DNA of 63,000 nt, filler included, from an uncultured Methanosarcinales archaeon (GTDB lineage Archaea; Nanobdellota; Nanobdellia; Woesearchaeales; BS150m-G63), in the NCBI GenBank assembly GCA_964630685.1. It is 4 parts of 4 records of this genome, joined end to end, with 100 filler letters (N's around TTAATTAATTAA, not from the genome) between each part and the next. Parts side by side here need not be neighbours in the genome. Positions count along the whole stretch, not along the records: positions 47,844 to 61,312 come from CAZVVW010000016.1; positions 61,413 to 63,000 come from CAZVVW010000025.1; 2 more parts are not named here. One strand, 5' to 3'. The position numbers were made by a program, and so were the translations under genes. This document shows, piece by piece, positions 56,449 through 63,000 of the stretch. The number at the start of each line of letters is the position of its first letter. Position 1 is the first letter of the stretch. The notes beneath the pieces are model-generated. The model saw only the letters and a list, made by a program, of their open reading frames with translations, made no database searches and was not told the origin of the DNA.

Positions 56449-57666
56449 ATGATAAATATGCCATACCCAACAATAATTGAAAAAATAAAAGAGGGCTCAG
56501 GACTTTCAGAAACAGAAATAACTCAAAAAATAGATAAAAAACTCAAGCAACTTTCAGGATTAATTTCAAAAGAAGGCGCAGCACATATTCTAGCAAACGA
56601 ACTCGGAATAAAAATATTTGAGATTCCAAAAAACATCCAAATTAAAGATATTCTAGAGGGGATGCGTAGCATAGATATTGCAGGAAAAGTACAACAAATC
56701 TACGAAGTAAGAGATTTTGAGACCGAAAAAGGAAAAGGAAAAGTTGGATCTTTCATGATGGCAGATGAAACCGGCTCAATTAGAGTTGTATGTTGGTATG
56801 ATCAAACAGAAACAATAGAAAAATTAACAAAAGACCTCACAATAAGATTGGTTGGAGGATATGTAAGAACAAATAATAACAAAAAAGAGATCCACCTCAA
56901 CGAAAGAAGTAAAGTTATATTCAACCCAAAAGGAGTCACAATTGGAGAAGTAAAATCATTTACTTCAACAAGAAAAAAATTATCAGAATTAACCGAAAAC
57001 GCAAGTGAAGTAGAAGTTTTAGCAACCATTGTTCAAGTATTTGAGCCAAGATTCTTTGAAGTTTGTCCAGAATGTAATAGGAGAGCAAGACAAAGAGAAG
57101 ATGGATTTTTTTGTGAAGAACACAACAAAGTAACACCAACATACTCTTATGTATTAAACTTATTGTTAGACGACGGAACAGACACAACTAGAACAATATT
57201 TTTCAGCAAACAATTGGAAAATTTAATTGGAAAAACAAAAGAAGAAATTCTTACTTACAAAGAAAACATCTCAGATTTTGAACAAATAAAAACAGACCTT
57301 CTTGGAAAAACAATAAAAGTAATCGGAAGAGTCAAGAAAAACGAAATGTTTGACAGATTAGAAGTAATATCTCAATTAGTTTTTACAGATATAGATCCTG
57401 AAAAAGAAATAAAAAGATTAGCAGAAACCCAAACAACAGCAAATTCAACAGAATCACCAACAGAAAAATCCACAACAGAATCAACTACTCAAGAATCAAC
57501 ACAAGAACCAATCAAAGAATCAACACAAGAATCAACTCTTGAAGAACCAAAACCATTAGAAGAAGCAATAGAAACAATAACAGAACCAATAGAAACACAA
57601 AACACAACAGAATCAACAGAAGAAAAACCAACTACTGAATCAACAACAGAACAAGATGCTGTTTAA
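56449..57666 (+). CDS. rpa: Replication protein A (OB folds + Zn ribbon, acidic tail)
   Basis: GLISKEGAAHILA, DETGSIRVVCW, CPEC...CEEH, LDDGT. Confidence 0.9.
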   Translation: MINMPYPTIIEKIKEGSGLSETEITQKIDKKLKQLSGLISKEGAAHILANELGIKIFEIPKNIQIKDILEGMRSIDIAGKVQQIYEVRDFETEKGKGKVGSFMMADETGSIRVVCWYDQTETIEKLTKDLTIRLVGGYVRTNNNKKEIHLNERSKVIFNPKGVTIGEVKSFTSTRKKLSELTENASEVEVLATIVQVFEPRFFEVCPECNRRARQREDGFFCEEHNKVTPTYSYVLNLLLDDGTDTTRTIFFSKQLENLIGKTKEEILTYKENISDFEQIKTDLLGKTIKVIGRVKKNEMFDRLEVISQLVFTDIDPEKEIKRLAETQTTANSTESPTEKSTTESTTQESTQEPIKESTQESTLEEPKPLEEAIETITEPIETQNTTESTEEKPTTESTTEQDAV

Positions 57667-58138
57667 AACCCACATAGCTTTTGCATTATTGATTTCTTTA
57701 TATTTTTTTCATTATTTCACCACCCCACCAATATTATCAATTTTAATAATTCTCTTTGCATCACTTATTCCAGATTTAGATACAATCAATTCAAAAATAT
57801 CAAAGATAAACCCCTTAAGAAAACTAACAAAATATATATTCAAACACAGAGGGATGCTCCACTCTTTATTCACACCAATTTTAATCTACTTAATTATTTA
57901 CATAATTCACAAAGAAATAGCACTATTAATTGCAATAGGGTACACATCCCACCTCTTCCTAGATTCTTTTACAAAACAAGGAATAAAACCATTCTACCCA
58001 CTAACAAACTTAAAATTTAAAGGAAACACCACCACAAATAGCATAATCGAGAAGCTTTTATTCTGGATAATTGCAATATTAATCCTACTTAAATTCTTCA
58101 CTCCCCACTGGACATTTGTGCGTAAGCTATTTAAATAA
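57656..58138 (+). CDS. YdjM-family membrane-bound metal-dependent hydrolase
   Basis: KTH, LIPDLD, HRGMLHS, SHLFLDSFT. Confidence 0.88.
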   Translation: MLFKTHIAFALLISLYFFHYFTTPPILSILIILFASLIPDLDTINSKISKINPLRKLTKYIFKHRGMLHSLFTPILIYLIIYIIHKEIALLIAIGYTSHLFLDSFTKQGIKPFYPLTNLKFKGNTTTNSIIEKLLFWIIAILILLKFFTPHWTFVRKLFK

Positions 58139-58267
58139 AGCCCACTTTATACTATTTAGCTGTTAGAAAACAGCGAACTCCACTCTCTGGGGCCACGAAA
58201 TACATCGCGAGCCCATAATTTAAGGAGGGTATGAAATAAAATGCGAATAGCAAAGGAGGTGGTTTAG

Positions 58268-58570
58268 ATGGAAAAATCTGAAACCCCAAACAACACACCT
58301 GAAAAAAAGTTTAGTACAGGAGTGATAAGTGCTACAATCTGGAAAAACTCCGGCACATCAAAAAAAGGAGAACCAGTAGAATTTAGGACGATTTCTTTAC
58401 AGAGACGTTACACAGATAAAGATGGAAATTGGCAGTCAACCAATTCTTTAAGAATTAATGACTTACCCAAAGCCACCTTGGTATTAAACAAGGCATACGA
58501 ATACATTGTTCTAAAAGAACAAGCAGATTCTTCGGATACTAATGAAATTTCTGAAGAAATTGTATATTAA
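58268..58570 (+). CDS. Small conserved protein, possible PC4/SpoVG-like nucleic-acid-binding fold
   Basis: PEKKF..G.ISATIWKN...RRYTDKDGNWQST.SL..NDLPK; strong GGAGGTG RBS. Confidence 0.7.
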   Translation: MEKSETPNNTPEKKFSTGVISATIWKNSGTSKKGEPVEFRTISLQRRYTDKDGNWQSTNSLRINDLPKATLVLNKAYEYIVLKEQADSSDTNEISEEIVY

Positions 58571-58664
58571 TTGAAAAATTGGGTGCTTATCACTTAGGAA
58601 TTTTCGGAAAATCTTCCTAAATTCATTTAAAGATAAGCACTCTTTATTATTTTAGGTGATAATC

Positions 58665-59660
58665 ATGGAAAAAGAAAAACAAGAAAAAGAACAATCAAAA
58701 CAAGAACCAACAACAATCACAAAGAAAAAGGAAATATCTATTTTAGATTTGCCCGGCGTTGGAGCTGCAACAGCAGAAAAATTAAAGAGTTTTGGATTCA
58801 CAACTTTAATGTCTATCGCAGTAGCTTCTCCAGGACAACTCATGGATGTTTCAGGCTTAACAGAAAGTGCAGCAAGAAAAGTAATCAATTTTGCAAGAAA
58901 TGCAATGGATATGGGTTTTGAATCCGGAAGCGATCTATTAAAAAGAAGAGCATCTGTACAGAAAATAAATGTAGGATCTGAATCTTTCAACCAATTAATG
59001 GGCGGAGGATTTGAATCTGGAGTAATAACAGAGTGTTTTGGAGAATATGGTTCAGGAAAAACACAAATAGCTCATTTATTGGCAGTAAATGTCCAAAAAC
59101 AAATACCTAATGCAGAAGCAGTTTATATTGATACAGAAAACACATTTAGGCCAGAGAGATTAATTCAATTAGCAGAAGGTGCAGGACTAAATCCTGAAAA
59201 AGTATTGAAGCACGTTAAAGTTGCTAGAGCATATAATTCAGACCACCAATTATTACTCGCGGAAAAAGTGGAAGATATGCTTAAAGAAGATGAAACCAAT
59301 ATAAAAGTAGTGATAATAGATTCATTAACTTCCCATTTCAGAGCAGAATTTATTGGAAGAGGCACTTTAGCAGAAAGGCAACAAAAACTTAACAAACATA
59401 TGCACACCTTATTAAAGATAGCAGATGTTTATAATGTTTTAGTTTATGTGACTAACCAAGTGATGGCAAAGCCAGATACTTTTTTTGGAGATCCAACACA
59501 AGCAATTGGCGGACATGTAGTCGCACATTCATCTGCTTTTAGAATCTATCTAAGAAAAGGCAAAAAAGGTAGTAGGGTAGCAAAACTTGTAGATTCTCCA
59601 AATTTACCTGATGGCGAATGTAACTTTATGGTCGAAACAGAAGGTCTAAGAGACCTTTAA
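58665..59660 (+). CDS. radA: DNA repair and recombination protein RadA
   Basis: HhH DLPGVG, GEYGSGKTQ, YIDTENTFRPER, GRGTLAERQQ, TNQV. Confidence 0.97.
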   Translation: MEKEKQEKEQSKQEPTTITKKKEISILDLPGVGAATAEKLKSFGFTTLMSIAVASPGQLMDVSGLTESAARKVINFARNAMDMGFESGSDLLKRRASVQKINVGSESFNQLMGGGFESGVITECFGEYGSGKTQIAHLLAVNVQKQIPNAEAVYIDTENTFRPERLIQLAEGAGLNPEKVLKHVKVARAYNSDHQLLLAEKVEDMLKEDETNIKVVIIDSLTSHFRAEFIGRGTLAERQQKLNKHMHTLLKIADVYNVLVYVTNQVMAKPDTFFGDPTQAIGGHVVAHSSAFRIYLRKGKKGSRVAKLVDSPNLPDGECNFMVETEGLRDL

Positions 59661-59782
59661 TTTTTTCTTTTTTATTCAATTTTACAAACCACTAAAAAGC
59701 ATAATTTTAAAAATACATTCTTATTATTCTGAGTCCAAGGCACACTATTGTGCTTTAATATATTAGATAGGTGAAATAAAAT

Positions 59783-60208
59783 ATGTATGGAAATCAAGGT
59801 GGCTTTCAGCCAAGAAGTTTTGCTCCAGTTAATGTTGGAGATGAAGTAGACGTAAAGATAGAAGCAGTAGGAGATAAAGGCGACGGTATTGCAAAGATTA
59901 AAGGCTTTGTTTTATTCATACCCAATGCCAAAGAAGGAGAAGAAGTTAAAGTAAAGATTACTAAAGTTCTTCGAAGAGTCGGTTTTGCAGAAGTAGTTGG
60001 AGCAGGATCTGCACCAGCAGAAGAACCTGCACCAGCAGAAGAACCTGCACCAGCAGAAGAACCTGCACCAGCAGAAGAAACAGAAGAACCTGCACCAGCA
60101 GAAGAAACAGAAGAACCTGCACCAGAAGCTGAAGCTGAACCTAAAGCAGAAGAAGAAGCACCAAAAGATACAGAAGATTTTGGTGAAGATTTAGAAGAAG
60201 CAAAATAA
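59783..60208 (+). CDS. Single TRAM domain RNA-binding protein with acidic EEPAPA repeat tail
   Basis: VKIEAVGDKGDGIAKIKGFVLFIP; 18-bp coding repeats at ~60010-60130. Confidence 0.9.
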   Translation: MYGNQGGFQPRSFAPVNVGDEVDVKIEAVGDKGDGIAKIKGFVLFIPNAKEGEEVKVKITKVLRRVGFAEVVGAGSAPAEEPAPAEEPAPAEEPAPAEETEEPAPAEETEEPAPEAEAEPKAEEEAPKDTEDFGEDLEEAK

Positions 60209-60327
60209 ACATCTTTTTCTAATTTTTTCTTTTTTTTATTTTCAAATCAATAAGAAACACTAAAAATTAATCTATATTCTGCACTATATAAATCTTTTTA
60301 TACCAATTTAGCTAAAACAATAACAAT

Positions 60328-60615
60328 ATGGAAAGTAAAACCTTAAATTTATTGGTAACACTCACTGCATTTGCATTTGTTAGTGCTTTCTTATTTACTT
60401 TTTCTTGTACAGGCAATGGCGAAACATTAGCAGGTCAAGCATACTCGACACAAAACTGCGTTTATTGTGCAGAATACTGTGGAAATGTACACACACAAGA
60501 AGGGGGAACAATAATTTCTTCTTCAACCACCAATATCAAAGCATTATCAGAAGGATGTACAGGAGATTTCACATGGGCACCAGCAAACACAGATGTTAAA
60601 TTATGCTGTAAATAA
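60328..60615 (+). CDS. Small secreted Cys-rich protein
   Basis: N-terminal hydrophobic helix, LAGQAY, terminal CCK. Confidence 0.65.
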   Translation: MESKTLNLLVTLTAFAFVSAFLFTFSCTGNGETLAGQAYSTQNCVYCAEYCGNVHTQEGGTIISSSTTNIKALSEGCTGDFTWAPANTDVKLCCK

Positions 60616-60843
60616 ACTCTTTTTAGAATTCTGTTTGAAAAGACCACTAAAAGATTTACAAGAATAAATTCTTTTTTATTTAATATTATTTTAATATTTT
60701 AAGGTATTCCTTTTGTTTGTATGATGCAACCTAACAGTCAAAATAAATTTAATCTATTGTACAGTACAACAAGCACCACTCACCTTTATGTTAGCAGGTG
60801 GAAAAGATAAGTTTGGGGAGATAAATGAAAAATCTTATGAGTG

Positions 60844-61311
60844 TTAAATATAACATGTACATTCTCCACATTCTTGACAATTGTGCCAAGTACCACTACT
60901 CTGAATTAAATAATTATCAAATCGCCCGTTATAAACACTTGCGTAATTAGTACATGAAGTTCCATATTTATTAGAACAATAAGAAGTAGTAAAATCAAAA
61001 CCCATCAATTTACAAAAATGCTTGCAATCATCACCTCCACCATCACCCCTAGAACCCACTATATCATATTGTGATGAGGCGCCATCCCTTATGTGTGGGT
61101 TAGTTAAAAGAACATAATTTGAGCCCATAATACAATCAGAATAAGATGCCCTCTCATCCTCTAACTGTGTATTACTCTCCCTTACCCATACACTTCTTGG
61201 AGGGCACCACACTGTTAACACTGGAACATTATCTAAACCAACAGTGATATCACCTTCAACAGTTAAATCATCTTTAACAGTTAAATCTCCTCTGATTTCA
61301 GCATTTGCCCC
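60844..61311 (-). CDS. 3' part of a surface protein (beta-helix-like repeats + Cys-rich C-terminal domain), truncated by contig end
   Basis: Frame open to the gap: AEIRGDLTVKDDLTVEGDITV..., then DDCKHFCKLMGF...CQECGECTC. Confidence 0.7.
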   Translation of the reverse strand, partial: GANAEIRGDLTVKDDLTVEGDITVGLDNVPVLTVWCPPRSVWVRESNTQLEDERASYSDCIMGSNYVLLTNPHIRDGASSQYDIVGSRGDGGGDDCKHFCKLMGFDFTTSYCSNKYGTSCTNYASVYNGRFDNYLIQSSGTWHNCQECGECTCYI

Positions 61312-61312
61312 A

Positions 61313-61412
61313 NNNNNNNNNNNNNNNNNNNNNNNNNNNNNNNNNNNNNNNNNNNNTTAATTAATTAANNNNNNNNNNNNNNNNNNNNNNNNNNNNNNNN
61401 NNNNNNNNNNNN
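61313..61412. other. Artificial contig linker
   Basis: N44-TTAATTAATTAA-N44. Confidence 0.98.
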
Positions 61413-61505
61413 GAGACTATATGTCCGTTAGGACTGAGGGGGAGTCCAGATTTTTTGTTTCTTTTTTTTTAAAAAAGAAAATAGAGGGAGCTTTTATGTT
61501 AAGGT

Positions 61506-62756
61506 TTAATCAAAGTTTCTTACTAATTTGAATAAACTCCAAAATGGATGCGAGAAAAATCTCTTATAGTATTTATTTATCATCTTGGAATCTTCGTGTA
61601 TCTCTTTTTTAGCAATAATTAATGAATATTTTTTGTTAATATTAGCCCATGCTTTTGTCATTTCAGATTTATTTTCTGGACCAAATATTTCATTTTTGTC
61701 AGATTTTCTAAATATTCCAAAATTAATTGTTAACCAAAGTGAAATAAATCTAACTCCTAAAAAATTTTCACTTTTAGAATCAATTAGTGAAGGAATGAAT
61801 AGTTTGGGCATGATAAGTTCTAAATTATCTAGGTTACCTAAAACAAATGCCATATTCCATGAAGTATATAGACTATCCCACTCTTGACTTGTTTCTATTG
61901 TTGGGAAAAAACTGCTGTTAGTATATGATTTATAAAACGCATTTTTATTTTCAGGAATTACAACTTTTCTTTCAAATATTGTTTTTGGACGATTAACTTT
62001 TAGATCTTCACATAAAGTGTGTGCACACAAAGCATTTGCATTAAAACCATTCTTGTATTCTGTTATTCCTGCTTCATATATATTTATTCTCACTAGTTCA
62101 TTAATGTGTTGAATGTGGTTTTGCTTAATTGGTGATAGTAATCTATATTCAATATAGTTTATTTGCTCATCTCTATAAAGGTTTTTTAGTTCCTCTTTTT
62201 GTAATTGAGTTTTTGATAAACCTCTTTGAAGTTTAAAATATACTAAAAAAGGGTCAAGTGAGAATGGTTTTGCTATATCAAAAAAATGAGGCGAAATCTT
62301 TAATGCGTTTATAAAAGTTCTAAAAGGATGTTGAGTATTCAAACCAAGTTCTTTTTCTTTTTTCTTATAGTGATTTTGAACTTCAATAAAAAAATTATGA
62401 TCATTGCACATAGTTACAGTAAAAGCTTCAAGGATGTATGCAACATGAACTGCTTTAATTATATTTTTTGATGGCTTAAACCATTTCTTCTTGTTTCCTA
62501 TTTCTAGGAATTCAATTATTGCAGGATGTTTTTTTAGAAACGCTTTTTTGATAATCCGAAACATAGAATCTAATCTCTTGGGTTTGGTTTTACTTTCTTG
62601 AAGAAATTTATTTATGATTTTATTCTTAGTTTTGAAATCATCTAATCTTACTTCTTTTAGAATCTCTTTTATGGTTGTAGGATTAGTTGTCAAATCACTT
62701 GATAAACCAAGCAATGAAAATGATTTTTCAATAACCTCTTTTTTAGTTTTTTCCAT
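61506..62756 (-). CDS. Hypothetical protein (416 aa)
   Basis: Long ORF; no motif recognised. Confidence 0.75.
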   Translation of the reverse strand: MEKTKKEVIEKSFSLLGLSSDLTTNPTTIKEILKEVRLDDFKTKNKIINKFLQESKTKPKRLDSMFRIIKKAFLKKHPAIIEFLEIGNKKKWFKPSKNIIKAVHVAYILEAFTVTMCNDHNFFIEVQNHYKKKEKELGLNTQHPFRTFINALKISPHFFDIAKPFSLDPFLVYFKLQRGLSKTQLQKEELKNLYRDEQINYIEYRLLSPIKQNHIQHINELVRINIYEAGITEYKNGFNANALCAHTLCEDLKVNRPKTIFERKVVIPENKNAFYKSYTNSSFFPTIETSQEWDSLYTSWNMAFVLGNLDNLELIMPKLFIPSLIDSKSENFLGVRFISLWLTINFGIFRKSDKNEIFGPENKSEMTKAWANINKKYSLIIAKKEIHEDSKMINKYYKRFFSHPFWSLFKLVRNFD

Positions 62757-63000
62757 TATATATAGTTAATAATTTGAGTAATTTATAACTTTTGCTTTTT
62801 TAAATGAGAATAGTAAGATGATAGAAGCCCCATTTTAATAAATTTCTTTTACGAAGTAAAAGGCAATATGTGCGTAGCACCTGGACTCCCCCTCTTTTGC
62901 TTCTTTTTCTAAAAGAAGAATGAGATTTAGACTAGTGAAAATTTAATTGCGTATAACATCGGGCTTAAGGGAAGTTTTTTGCGTAGCAAAAAATTTGGGA

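Noticed and set aside
59997..60194. (NLHQQK)n ORF
   Set aside because: Alternative frame of the EEPAPA repeat in the TRAM gene

Overview
AT-rich archaeal DNA. RadA, RPA, aIF-1A, rps8e, rpl37e, Lsm, an RNase HII with a PIP box and a Methanococcus-type S-layer point to DPANN, most likely Woesearchaeota-like (inference). The window is a pseudomolecule of four contigs joined by N44-TTAATTAATTAA-N44 linkers (26630-26729, 47744-47843, 61313-61412), plus one scaffold gap (8911-9010). Bases 1-55 are the exact reverse complement of 47844-47898, so contigs 1 and 3 join in frame into a single locus of about 35 kb. That locus holds about 19 class III signal peptide (type IV pilin-like) genes, an A24 prepilin peptidase and three giant Cys/Ig-rich surface proteins, one with an internal Hint domain. 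The best candidate for a new system: two adjacent pilin-like genes carry bacterial cell-wall hydrolase domains (GH73/lysozyme-like + M15 peptidase; Amidase_3), and two paralogues carry Gly-rich membrane-insertion hairpins. This suggests a pilus-borne apparatus for breaching bacterial envelopes (inference). The middle contig has housekeeping genes, LspA, a polymerase-dead PolB-like protein that ends in QLSLF and overlaps a convergent gene ending in QLTLF, tRNA-Leu, and a toxin-antitoxin island segmented by ~85-bp direct repeats. All family calls come from reading motifs by eye; no searches were run.
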